From an uncultured Spirochaetota bacterium (lineage in GTDB: Bacteria; Spirochaetota; Spirochaetia; SZUA-6; Fen-1364), in assembly GCA_963845535.1 (NCBI GenBank), contig CAWJSK010000015.1, positions 10,013 to 74,012 on the forward strand: a stretch of 64,000 nt of DNA, given 5' to 3'. The position numbers were made by a program, and so were the translations under genes. Positions 20,037-31,280 of the stretch are shown here, piece after piece. Position 1 is the first letter of the stretch; each line of letters begins with the position of its first letter. A model generated the notes under the pieces. It searched no databases and was not told the origin of the DNA. It saw only the letters and a program-made list of their open reading frames with translations.

Positions 20037-21164
20037 CTACACGACCTTGCGGGGGAGCAGCGGGCTGATCCGCGTGACGATCTCGTAGTTGATCGTCCCC
20101 GCCCATTCCCCCAGGGTTTCCGCGCTGATCCGCTCGTCTCCTGAGCTGCCAAGAAGGACCACTTCGTCCTCCAACTGCGCGGCCGGCACATCGGTGAGAT
20201 CGATCATGCAGAGATTCATGCAAATGCGTCCAATGACCGCGGCTCGCCGCCCGCGCACGAGCACGTGCGCCCTGTTGCCCAGCGCGCGGTCGTACCCGTC
20301 CGCGTAGCCGATGGGAAGCACGCCCAGGAGCGTCCTGCGCGTCGCGCGATACGAGCACCCGTATCCGACGTACGTCCCTTCCGGGACCCACTTGATCTGG
20401 ACGACCCTCGTCTTCCACGAGAGGACGGGATGGAAGTCCACGGGGGCCCCCTTCTCCCTGACCGAGATGAATGTCTCACGGGACGGCCACAGGCCGTAGA
20501 GGCCGATCCCCGTGCGCAGCATGGTGAAATGCGTGGACGGAAAGAGGAGCGCCGCTGCCGTGCACGCTGTGTGGACAAACGGGATGCGGCCGGCAATTCC
20601 TTCCGCGCACTTCAGGGCTGACTGGAAGCGCTCGATCTGGAGCTTCGCGTAGTCGTGGTTCAGCGTGTCCTCGATGTTCGCAAAATGCGTCGAAAGCCCT
20701 TCCAGCAGAACGTTGCGCGAGCTCTTCAGGAGGCGCGTGAAATCCGGCACATCCTCCGGCAGCACCCCCTGGCGGCTGGTCCCGGTGTCCACTTTCATGT
20801 GGAGCCGGGCCGGGTGCGTCACGGAACGCATGGCGGCGATTTTCTCAACGGTTTCCCGGTTGTAGACGGTAAGCGCCAGATCAGCCTCGATGGCGGCAGA
20901 GAGCTCGGCAAGTGGCACATGGCCCAGGAGGAGAACGGGCTTCGTGACTCCCATGGAGCGGAGCTCGAGACCTTCTTCCAGGGAGTTTACGCCGAACCAT
21001 TCAGCGGAGGGGAGAAGCGGGGCGATGAGCGCCACGCCGTGGCCGTAGGCGTTGGACTTTATGACGGCGCATGCCGCGGTGCCCGCGGCGCTTCCTTTTC
21101 GCATTTCCCTCAGGTTATGCTCAGGGGCTTTTCCGTCGATCTCCACCCAGACAAGGCTGCTCAT
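20037..21164 (-). CDS. alr: alanine racemase
   Basis: PLP-lysine motif AVIKSNAYGHG. Start at MSSLVWVEID, preceded by GGAGGA. Confidence 0.9.
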   Translation of the reverse strand: MSSLVWVEIDGKAPEHNLREMRKGSAAGTAACAVIKSNAYGHGVALIAPLLPSAEWFGVNSLEEGLELRSMGVTKPVLLLGHVPLAELSAAIEADLALTVYNRETVEKIAAMRSVTHPARLHMKVDTGTSRQGVLPEDVPDFTRLLKSSRNVLLEGLSTHFANIEDTLNHDYAKLQIERFQSALKCAEGIAGRIPFVHTACTAAALLFPSTHFTMLRTGIGLYGLWPSRETFISVREKGAPVDFHPVLSWKTRVVQIKWVPEGTYVGYGCSYRATRRTLLGVLPIGYADGYDRALGNRAHVLVRGRRAAVIGRICMNLCMIDLTDVPAAQLEDEVVLLGSSGDERISAETLGEWAGTINYEIVTRISPLLPRKVV

Positions 21165-21239
21165 TGATCCTCCGTCCGAGGGGAGAATAGTATGAAGCCC
21201 CGCATTGGTCAAAGGGAAAAGGGGCGCGCGGATTTTGGC

Positions 21240-22085
21240 CTAGACCCATTCCTCCGCGAGCGTCTCTCCGGTCTTGATTCCGACGATCACCGCTTTCAGG
21301 GGCACTTTGCGCTGCGCGCGGGACGCTGCGTCCCGCGCAATGGCGAGGAGCCCGCGGCAGCACGGCACTTCCATCATCACGACCGTCAGCGTGTTGATGC
21401 GCGCCGTGTCGATCATGGCGATGATCTTGTCGCGATAGACGTCTTTTCCCTCATCGAGCTTCGGGCAGGCAATGGCGAGAGCCTTTCCCTTCAGGAACCT
21501 GGCCTGGAAATCCGGCACGGCATGGGCCACGCAGTCCGCGCTGAGAAGCACATCCTTTCCCGAAAGCTGAGGGGCAAGCGGCGAGAGGAGGTGGAGCTGG
21601 ATGGGCCAGTTGGAAAGCTCGCTTTCCGCGGGGGTCTCAATGGGCGCGTGAGATGGCGTCTGACGCTGCTCTTGGGGCGGCCTCTGAAGCTGCACACGCT
21701 GGGGGCGCGCGGGCTGGGGCGGGGTGATTCCGTCAGGGACCGCCACGCGCTGTTCATGGAGATACCGGATTGCGTGGGAGAAGAGCTCCATTTCCCCGTG
21801 GTCTCGAAGATGACGCAGGTGCGCCCGGATGGTGTTGGCGCCCTGGGGAGCGATGACGGCCATCACTTTGCTCTCATCGTAGGGCTCGGCTTCACGCTCG
21901 ACGATTTCGATGGCGCCCTCGGGGCAGTGCCCGATGCAGGCTCCCAGGCCGTCGCAGAAAAGATCGCTCACCAGGCGCGCCCTGCCGTCGATGAGCTGGA
22001 GGGCTCCTTCGGGGCAGTTGGGGATGCACAGGCCGCACCCGTTGCATGTATCGTGGTGGATCGAGATGATTTTTCTGGTGCTCAT
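21240..22085 (-). CDS. 4Fe-4S dicluster domain protein with uncharacterised C-terminal domain
   Basis: CNGCGLCIPNCP and CDGLGACIGHCP at the N-terminus, a Pro/Gln-rich linker, and a C-terminal domain ending MMEVPCCRGL. Confidence 0.7.
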   Translation of the reverse strand: MSTRKIISIHHDTCNGCGLCIPNCPEGALQLIDGRARLVSDLFCDGLGACIGHCPEGAIEIVEREAEPYDESKVMAVIAPQGANTIRAHLRHLRDHGEMELFSHAIRYLHEQRVAVPDGITPPQPARPQRVQLQRPPQEQRQTPSHAPIETPAESELSNWPIQLHLLSPLAPQLSGKDVLLSADCVAHAVPDFQARFLKGKALAIACPKLDEGKDVYRDKIIAMIDTARINTLTVVMMEVPCCRGLLAIARDAASRAQRKVPLKAVIVGIKTGETLAEEWV

Positions 22086-22155
22086 GGGAAGAGGATACCC
22101 CGCCACGCCGCGGCGGTCCTTGACGGGGAGCAAACGGGAACGGGACCGAGCGCGC

Positions 22156-24436
<2,281 letters not shown>

Positions 24437-24530
24437 AGGGACGAACCTCCATGCGAAAGCGCCAAGGCGGGGAGAGCGGTGCTTTTCCTTGACACCCCCT
24501 CCCCATTCCGATATCTTGGGGAAAATATCG

Positions 24531-26282
24531 ATGCACCTTGATGCCAATCAATCACACGCTGAAATCCTCCAGATCCTGAGAAAAGCCGGATTCGCACCCC
24601 CCACCCCGGCGCAGGAAAAACTGGCGCCTCTTTTCCTCAAGGGCAGGGACGCGGTGGTGGAATCCGCGCGCGCCTCGGACTCCGCCCCCGGTTTCTTTCT
24701 CCCTCTTATTCTCGGCCTTCGCGGAGCCGGGCTTGCGCCGCGTGCCCTTCTTCTTGTGCCGGCACAGCAGGACGTTGAAAAGATATCGCAGGCAATCGGG
24801 CGTTTCACGCGCGTCGTAAAGGACCTCCCGGCCTTTGTGCCGTTGGGGGAGATCGAGGATGAGCGGCGCGAGCAGCGGCGCCTGGAAAAAGGGGCAACCG
24901 TCGTCGCCGGCACCACGGAGCGCGTTATTGACCACGTTCGCCGGGGGAGCCTGGAGACCGGTCAGCTTGCCGCGGTGGTCGTCCAGGAGCCCGAGGGAGA
25001 GCTCCGAGCGGATTTCATCAAGGACGTGCAGTTCATTTTTGCCCGGTTATCGGGCCGTCATCAGATGATTCTTTTCACCTCGCTTCCCGCCGGACAGGAG
25101 AGCGAGTTGCTGGCCCTCCTTCACCACCCGGTTGTCGTGACTGAGACCTCGTCGTCCGCCATCCCCGTTTCCGCGGGCAAGGAAAACCTTCTCTTCGAAG
25201 TGCCGGCCGGGGACAAAGTCCAGGCGCTTGCCCGGGTCCTCCTTGGCCGCAAGGTCCCCTCCGCCCTCGTGCTTTGCCCGGGGCGCATGGACCCGCTGAA
25301 GGTGTCCCAGGCTCTCCGCTCACGGCAGCTTCGCGCCGTTGCGTGGCCTTCCGGTCCGTTGACGGGCGCCGGAGGCCAGCGCGGGAGGTCCGTACGGGGG
25401 GCCGGCGCGGAGAGGGCCTCCATCCAGGCGGCGTTGTCCCGAGGGGACGCGGACGTCGTTATTGGCTCCTCGCTTCCGGAGGGTTTTTCGCCGTCCCACG
25501 TGGTGTACCTCGAGGTCCCCGCCGGCATTCGTCCCGTGCGGTGGACTTCTTCTCTCATCGCTCTTGTGGATCGGGGCCAGGAAAAGGAAATCTCACGACT
25601 GCAGGAGGCGGTTGGCGTGACACTAAAAAAGGAAGAGCTTCCGACTGACAAAGAGGTCGTCGTAGGCTTGATAGACCGGGTCCTTCAGAACTTGAAGGAC
25701 GACAAGGAAGGGACTCAGCTCGCGCAGCTTCGTTCGCTGATTCGCCGCCAGGTCCCGCTCCTCCAGCGCCCGCTCTTCATGGCGTACCTGTTGAAGTCCC
25801 TGCTTCCGGCGGGAGCGGTGGGCGTCCCGACTGCCCAACCCCAGGATACCGCCGGGCGCGCTTTCGCGGGGCGGGAGGCGCTCCCCGCGCAGGGACGGCC
25901 GGCCCCGCGCCGCGGCGCCCCGGCCCAAGCCCCGGCCGCGGCGGAGCCGGGGAAGGCTTCCCGCGGAAGGTTTGCCCGGAGCATCGAGGTTCCGCGGTCA
26001 CCCGCTGAAGCGCAGCCGGGCAAGGGGTTCACGCAGCTTTTCGTCAGCATCGGCAGGAACAGGCGCGTCTACGCCCGCGAGCTTGCCGAGTTGTTCACGG
26101 AAAAGCTCCAGCTCGGAGCCAACGAGCTGGGCAGCGTGCGCGTCTTTGACAAGTATTCCTTCGTGGACATCAACCCTGCCAGGGCGGATGAGGCAATCAC
26201 GCGCCTTTCCGGCAGCGAAATGAAAGGCCGGACCATCACCGTCAATTACGCAAAGAAGAAGGAAGAGAAAGGCGAGCACTGA
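24531..26282 (+). CDS. DEAD-box helicase-like protein with degenerate ATPase motifs and a DbpA-type C-terminal RNA-binding domain
   Basis: Real start at ATG 24531 (MHLDANQ). The Q motif (GFAPPTPAQ) and GRD are kept. Walker A is ARASDSAP, DEAD is QEPE, SAT is TSL, and there is no HRxGRxGR. The C-terminus FTQLFVSIGRNRRVYARELAELF...GRTITVNYAKK is DbpA/RRM-like. Confidence 0.7.
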   Translation: MHLDANQSHAEILQILRKAGFAPPTPAQEKLAPLFLKGRDAVVESARASDSAPGFFLPLILGLRGAGLAPRALLLVPAQQDVEKISQAIGRFTRVVKDLPAFVPLGEIEDERREQRRLEKGATVVAGTTERVIDHVRRGSLETGQLAAVVVQEPEGELRADFIKDVQFIFARLSGRHQMILFTSLPAGQESELLALLHHPVVVTETSSSAIPVSAGKENLLFEVPAGDKVQALARVLLGRKVPSALVLCPGRMDPLKVSQALRSRQLRAVAWPSGPLTGAGGQRGRSVRGAGAERASIQAALSRGDADVVIGSSLPEGFSPSHVVYLEVPAGIRPVRWTSSLIALVDRGQEKEISRLQEAVGVTLKKEELPTDKEVVVGLIDRVLQNLKDDKEGTQLAQLRSLIRRQVPLLQRPLFMAYLLKSLLPAGAVGVPTAQPQDTAGRAFAGREALPAQGRPAPRRGAPAQAPAAAEPGKASRGRFARSIEVPRSPAEAQPGKGFTQLFVSIGRNRRVYARELAELFTEKLQLGANELGSVRVFDKYSFVDINPARADEAITRLSGSEMKGRTITVNYAKKKEEKGEH

Positions 26283-26959
26283 TGCCGGCGGACCTCCTGG
26301 AGACCGCGTGGCCTGCGGTAGCCAGCCCTCTTCTCCATCTGCCCTTCGCCTCTCGGCTGGAAGTGGAGATTGGGTGCGGGAACGGACACTTCCTCTGCGA
26401 ATATGCGGCGGAACGGCGTGAGGCAACCCTTGTCGGCATCGACATAAAAAAAAAGAGGTGTCTCAAGGCGCAGGACAAAGCCGAGCGCCGGGGGTACAGA
26501 AATGTCGTCATCATCAATGCGAGCGCCGAAAAGGTCCTTCAGGACCTGCCGGGCGGCTCGGTTGACGCATTCCACATCTACTTTCCCGACCCGTGGCCCA
26601 AGAGCAGGCATCGAAAGAGAAGATTTTTCACCATGGGGAACCTCCTCATCATGCACAACCTGCTCAAGGAAGGGGGGCGGCTGCACTTTGGGACTGATTT
26701 CTTCGACTACTATATCCAGGCGAAAGTGCTCGTTGCTCTCCATCCCGGGTTTTCCATCACGGAAGAGCCCGCGCCGGCCCCCGTCCTCTCCTCCCTCTAT
26801 GGACGCAAGTTCGTCGGCGTGAGCAAACAGATCCTCATCTTTTCAGCCGTCAAGACGGCCGCAGCATCCGTGACGGCCGGCTCAACGGATGAGAAAAGAC
26901 AGGAGGAAGAACATCAGCGGGATGTTGATGGCCGTGTTGAGGATGATGAAGAGCGCTGA
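26282..26959 (+). CDS. trmB: tRNA (guanine-N7)-methyltransferase
   Basis: LEVEIGCGNGHFL, FPDPWPKSRHRKRR. The last ~26 codons overlap the convergent gene. Confidence 0.85.
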   Translation: MPADLLETAWPAVASPLLHLPFASRLEVEIGCGNGHFLCEYAAERREATLVGIDIKKKRCLKAQDKAERRGYRNVVIINASAEKVLQDLPGGSVDAFHIYFPDPWPKSRHRKRRFFTMGNLLIMHNLLKEGGRLHFGTDFFDYYIQAKVLVALHPGFSITEEPAPAPVLSSLYGRKFVGVSKQILIFSAVKTAAASVTAGSTDEKRQEEEHQRDVDGRVEDDEER

Positions 26960-28150
26960 AACCATTGCGTAGACGGACGCCATGCGGCCGCTCCTGGCGG
27001 AGATGGCTTCCGGGTCCCCTTCCAGAAGCATGAGCTCCGCCATCGGATCTTCGGGCTTGGAGAGCACGAAGCTCCCGCCTTCCACCCGGTAACCCCCAAA
27101 GGCCACGCATGCGCCGTCCGCAGGGCCTGGCGATGCGCGGCGCGCGCCACGCGCTCTGCGCAAAGGCAGATCCGCGGCGACTCTTCTGACGTCGAGCGGA
27201 AGCACCACGGAGTGCCCGTCCGACGTCACCAGGCCGGCCGCTGGTTCTCCGGCAGCCCCCCCCGCGGCCTTCATTGCCTTGATCATGATGTAGGGCTCCC
27301 GGTCCGGCAGGAGCGTGGTTCTCCTGACGCCTTCGTCGTCGATGGTGGACGGGAAGTAACGCATGGGCAGGCGCACAATGTCGCGCTGCACCCTCATCAG
27401 GCGCGCCTTTTTCCAGAACCGGCGGTAGGCGAGGTACAGCGGGAACGCGGGGGGGAGAAAGGGCGATACAGGGGCGAGGCCGGCGGCCAGCGCCACCAGG
27501 GCGAGCACGCGCGCCTCGGGGGCGGCGAGGAGACGATAGGCGAGCAGGATGAGCGAGAGAGAGCCGATGGCAACCGACGGGAGCGTGAAGGGGTTCATGT
27601 ACTCGTTGCGTTGCCGTCCGCCGCGGATGGCGGATTCGACAATGCTCTCCCGGGGGCAGTCATGGATCACGACCAGGAGCCTGGCCTTCCCATACCCACG
27701 AAAAACACCGCGGCCTTCCTCGGAGAACAGCGCTCCGCCGACAAAGACCGGCGTTCCTTCCGGGAGAGAGAATATCCGGCTCCACGGCACGCTGCGCAGC
27801 TCCGTGTCCTCAGCGGCGGCGGCGTGAGCGGTATCCTGGCCGCCGTCTTCCGGGATCAGGTATACGTGGACGTTCCTCAAGTCCGCGGCAACGGAGAACC
27901 TGCCGTTGGTTATCCATATTCTGTGCTCGCCCTGGATGGCCTCCAGCGTCCCGAAGAAACGGAAAAGGCCGATGAACGCATTCCGCTCCCGTCCAACCGC
28001 GTGGGGAGTGGCGGTAGGGTAGCGCGAGACCTCGTGGATGGTCCGGCGAAAGACCCTCCACCGGCCCCGGACGCGAAATGCCCCGATTCCCGGGAAGACT
28101 GCGTAAAAAAGGAGCGCGATTGCCAGGATGAGGAGGAGATACCACATCAT
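26882..28150 (-). CDS. hypothetical membrane protein
   Basis: 422 aa with an N-terminal TM, central TM pair and C-terminal TM. No motif recognised. Confidence 0.6.
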   Translation of the reverse strand: MMWYLLLILAIALLFYAVFPGIGAFRVRGRWRVFRRTIHEVSRYPTATPHAVGRERNAFIGLFRFFGTLEAIQGEHRIWITNGRFSVAADLRNVHVYLIPEDGGQDTAHAAAAEDTELRSVPWSRIFSLPEGTPVFVGGALFSEEGRGVFRGYGKARLLVVIHDCPRESIVESAIRGGRQRNEYMNPFTLPSVAIGSLSLILLAYRLLAAPEARVLALVALAAGLAPVSPFLPPAFPLYLAYRRFWKKARLMRVQRDIVRLPMRYFPSTIDDEGVRRTTLLPDREPYIMIKAMKAAGGAAGEPAAGLVTSDGHSVVLPLDVRRVAADLPLRRARGARRASPGPADGACVAFGGYRVEGGSFVLSKPEDPMAELMLLEGDPEAISARSGRMASVYAMVSALFIILNTAINIPLMFFLLSFLIR

Positions 28151-28197
28151 ATCGCGTATTGATAAAGGGCTGCGAATCCTTTAGGCTGGAGTATATC

Positions 28198-29190
28198 ATG
28201 GTGGAGAGAGTTGTCGTAGGTCCTTGGAAGACAAATTGTTACATCTTTTCCAGTACCAAGAAAGAATGCATCATCATTGATCCAGGAGGGGATGAGGAGG
28301 AGATAGCCTCCCGTGTCGACGTTCTCAACATGGTGCCCGTCGGCATTGCCCTGACACACGGCCACGTAGACCACCTTGCCGCTCTCGGGAGGCTCCAGTC
28401 GAGCTACGCCGGCCGCGGGTACACTCTTCCCATCGCAATCAGTCCCGCTGACCGCCGCTTCCTGGGATCGGGAGCGCTGGAGGCGCACAAGGAGAGCCTC
28501 AAGGGCCATGCGCTGGACGAGCTGGCTTTCTTCACCGGGGACGCCCCCGAGCTGCCGAAGGCGGACGTGAGGCTCAGGGAAGGGGACCGGGTTTTCGACA
28601 TGGACCTCGTTGTCCTGGAAACCCCCGGGCACACACCGGGAAGCCTCTGTTTCTACAGCGAGAAGGAAGGGGTGCTCTTCTCGGGTGACACTCTGTTTTT
28701 CGACGGAGTGGGAAGAACCGACCTTCCCGGAGGGAGTGACAAGAGGCTCAGGGAAAGCATCGAAAAGAAGATCGCGGTCCTCCCACCGGAGACGCGAGTG
28801 TTCCCAGGCCATGGCCCTTTCACCACCGTGGAAAGGGAAAGGCGGGGGAACCCCTTTTTCCGCCAGCCGCCGCCGGAGCCCAAGCCGCCTGAGCCTCAGA
28901 AGCGCGCGCCCGCAAAAACAGCGGGGAAGCCCGCCCGACGGCAGTCGGTTGCCCGGCCCAAGGCCACCAGGTCTCCAAAGGCCGGACGGGCCGGCCAGCA
29001 GCCGAGCAGGAAAACCGTGAACGCCAAGGTGAAGACGCTTCGGCCCAAGGGAGCAAAAGACGACCGGCGCGCTGCAAAGCCCGCGGTCCGGCGCGCTGCG
29101 GCAAAAAGCGCGGCGCGGCCCGTTCGGACCCGCGCGCACAGTCCCGTCAAATCGACCCAACGGATGTCCGCAAAGAAAAAGGGACGCTAA
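28198..29190 (+). CDS. MBL-fold metallo-hydrolase with a long Lys/Arg/Pro/Ala-rich C-terminal tail
   Basis: THGHVDH motif, glyoxalase II-like core (~215 aa), then a ~115-aa basic low-complexity tail. Start at MVERVVVGPW. Confidence 0.8.
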   Translation: MVERVVVGPWKTNCYIFSSTKKECIIIDPGGDEEEIASRVDVLNMVPVGIALTHGHVDHLAALGRLQSSYAGRGYTLPIAISPADRRFLGSGALEAHKESLKGHALDELAFFTGDAPELPKADVRLREGDRVFDMDLVVLETPGHTPGSLCFYSEKEGVLFSGDTLFFDGVGRTDLPGGSDKRLRESIEKKIAVLPPETRVFPGHGPFTTVERERRGNPFFRQPPPEPKPPEPQKRAPAKTAGKPARRQSVARPKATRSPKAGRAGQQPSRKTVNAKVKTLRPKGAKDDRRAAKPAVRRAAAKSAARPVRTRAHSPVKSTQRMSAKKKGR

Positions 29191-29214
29191 GCCGGGCCGC
29201 GGCGCGCTATGGCG

Positions 29215-29571
29215 TTATCGGTTACGGCGCTCTTCGGATGATTTGCAATCTATGCACAGGAGAGCGTAAGGGATGGCTTCAAGCCTCTCACGGGGGATCT
29301 TCTTGGAGCATCTGGCGCACAGGCCGTACTTCTTGTTTTCGATCCTGGCAAGCGCAGACTCGATGAGCTGCAAGCGGCGCAGCTCCTGGGTCCCCAGGGC
29401 TTCGAGCGTCTTGCGGTCAATGTCATCCGCGGCAATGTCCGCCAGGTCCTTCGGATCCATGTCTTCTATTATGGTGCGGAAATCCTCACTCTCAGAAGCC
29501 AGGTTTTTCAGAATTTCCTTTTTAAGGTCGATAAGCGAGACTCTCATTTTCTTGAGGAAGTTTTCTTCCAT
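29215..29571 (-). CDS. DksA/TraR-family C4 zinc-finger protein
   Basis: 118 aa: CARCSKKI...CIDC with an N-terminal coiled coil. Confidence 0.8.
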   Translation of the reverse strand: MEENFLKKMRVSLIDLKKEILKNLASESEDFRTIIEDMDPKDLADIAADDIDRKTLEALGTQELRRLQLIESALARIENKKYGLCARCSKKIPRERLEAIPYALLCIDCKSSEERRNR

Positions 29572-29678
29572 GCGGTTACCTTTAGGGAAAGGAATCTACA
29601 TACAAACATCGCCAGTTGTCAATCCCAGGTCAAAAATCGCCTAAACCTCCAGAGTTTTCCCCCATTTCCTCCCGACCG

Positions 29679-29707
29679 TTGACAGCGTGTCTCAAAGCGC
29701 CTACACT
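29679..29707 (+). promoter_or_regulatory. sigma70-like promoter for infA
   Basis: TTGACA (29679-84), 17 nt, TACACT (29702-07). The SD AAAGGAGAG lies before the TTG start. Confidence 0.55.
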
Positions 29708-29727
29708 GAATTTCAAAGGAGAGCTCA

Positions 29728-29946
29728 TTGCCGAAGGAAGAAGCCATTGAAGTCGACGGAAAAGTGAAAGAATCGCTTCCCAACACTATGTTCAGGGTAG
29801 AGTTGGAAAATGGGCACCTTATCCTTGCCCACCTTTCTGGAAAGATGAGGAAACACTACATCCGCATTGTCCCGGGAGACAAGGTGAAAGTCGCCTTATC
29901 CCCCTATGATCTCACGCGCGGAAGGATCATCTTCCGCGAGAGATAG
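29728..29946 (+). CDS. infA: translation initiation factor IF-1
   Basis: 72 aa: [11 protein letters not shown]...[10 protein letters not shown]...[13 protein letters not shown] start. Confidence 0.95.
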   Translation: MPKEEAIEVDGKVKESLPNTMFRVELENGHLILAHLSGKMRKHYIRIVPGDKVKVALSPYDLTRGRIIFRER

Positions 29947-29969
29947 CTCGCGCGCCACGCACGTCCCGG

Positions 29970-31250
29970 CTACGACCTGTAATCCGCGTTCTCCTTGACG
30001 TAATCATAGGAAAGATCGGATCCAAGCACCTCCGCAAACAGGGACGAAATTCCCAGAATGACTTCTATGTCCACGGTCTTGTCGTGCTGAGGCCACGGAG
30101 GGCGCCGCGTGTCGAGGGCCCGATCTTTCAGGTAGGCGCTGAGCTTCTCCTCCTTGACGGAGTCGAGCTGGAAGCCGCCGCCGGCAAAGATGTCCACGCC
30201 GCCCATGCGCACCCGCACGCCGGCCGGATCCAACGGCTCACCTGCGTTCCCCAGGTAGTCGCCGACTGCTGAGATGATCCTTCCGACGTTCGGATCATTC
30301 CCGAATATCGCCGTCTTCACGAGCGGCGAGTTCACGATGGCGCGGGCCACCGACAACGCCGTGCTCTCATTCCTGCCGCCGGTCACCCGGACCCGCATCA
30401 CGTGCCCCACCCCCTCGGCGTTGCGCATGATGTCGAAGGCAAGCCCGGACAGGACCTCGAGAAGCCCTTGCCGGAGCTCCTCCCGCGGCACCGCGGGGCG
30501 TCGTCCTGAGGACAAAATGATTGCCGTGTCGCTCGTGCTCTGGTCGCTATCCACGGAGATGCGGTTCAGCGACCTCTCCACGCACCATGCAAGCTCCTCC
30601 CGCAGCGTCTCCCGGGGCATGGCGATATCCGTGCAGACAAAGCAGAGCAGAGTGGCCATGTTCGGCTCGATCATTCCCGCCCCTTTCGCGGTCCCCAGGA
30701 TTGTTCCCTGACCAACCGAAGCCCGTCGTACTTTCGGGAAAGCGTCAGTAGTCATGATTGCGCGCGCAAGGGGCAGGATGGAGGAGCGGTCCAGCCCGGC
30801 CACGAGCCGGGGAAGCGCCTCTTCCATTTCCCGCAGCGGCAGTCCCCACCCGATTATCCCCGTGGAGGCGGCGAAAAAACTCTCCGCTGAGGCTCCGAGC
30901 TGGGAGCCGAGGGCGGCCAAAAGAGCTTCAGCGTCCTTTTCTCCGTCCGGCGTGCCGACGTTGGAGATCTTGTTGTTGATGAGGATGCCCTGGATGGAAT
31001 CCCGCTCCAGCCTTCGCCGCCCCAGGAGAACGGGCGCGCCGGGAAAACGATTGCGCGTGAATACGGCGGCAAAATCCCTGCTCGGCTGGTCGAGCAGGAT
31101 GAGCGCAAGGTTCATGGGAAGCGGCTGGGGGACGCTTTTTTCCCGGGGGAAGAACTCAAGCGATGCCGTTGCGCATCGGAATCCCTCCGGCAGGGCGGAC
31201 CGGGCCGCAAGCTCTTTCAGGTAGTCTGATTCTGATGAGAATGATTCCAC
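29970..31250 (-). CDS. argJ: bifunctional glutamate N-acetyltransferase / amino-acid acetyltransferase
   Basis: 426 aa with the autoprocessing site context NMATLLCFVCTD. Confidence 0.9.
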   Translation of the reverse strand: MESFSSESDYLKELAARSALPEGFRCATASLEFFPREKSVPQPLPMNLALILLDQPSRDFAAVFTRNRFPGAPVLLGRRRLERDSIQGILINNKISNVGTPDGEKDAEALLAALGSQLGASAESFFAASTGIIGWGLPLREMEEALPRLVAGLDRSSILPLARAIMTTDAFPKVRRASVGQGTILGTAKGAGMIEPNMATLLCFVCTDIAMPRETLREELAWCVERSLNRISVDSDQSTSDTAIILSSGRRPAVPREELRQGLLEVLSGLAFDIMRNAEGVGHVMRVRVTGGRNESTALSVARAIVNSPLVKTAIFGNDPNVGRIISAVGDYLGNAGEPLDPAGVRVRMGGVDIFAGGGFQLDSVKEEKLSAYLKDRALDTRRPPWPQHDKTVDIEVILGISSLFAEVLGSDLSYDYVKENADYRS

Positions 31251-31280
31251 AGGTTTTTATAACCGGGCCACGAGCGATAT

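Noticed and set aside
26882-26959. 78-nt convergent overlap between trmB and the 422-aa membrane protein gene as a regulatory or antisense feature.
   Set aside because: The trmB tail after ...IFSAVK looks like passive read-through to the first stop, while the opposing hydrophobic C-terminus is clearly the selected frame. There is no evidence for function.
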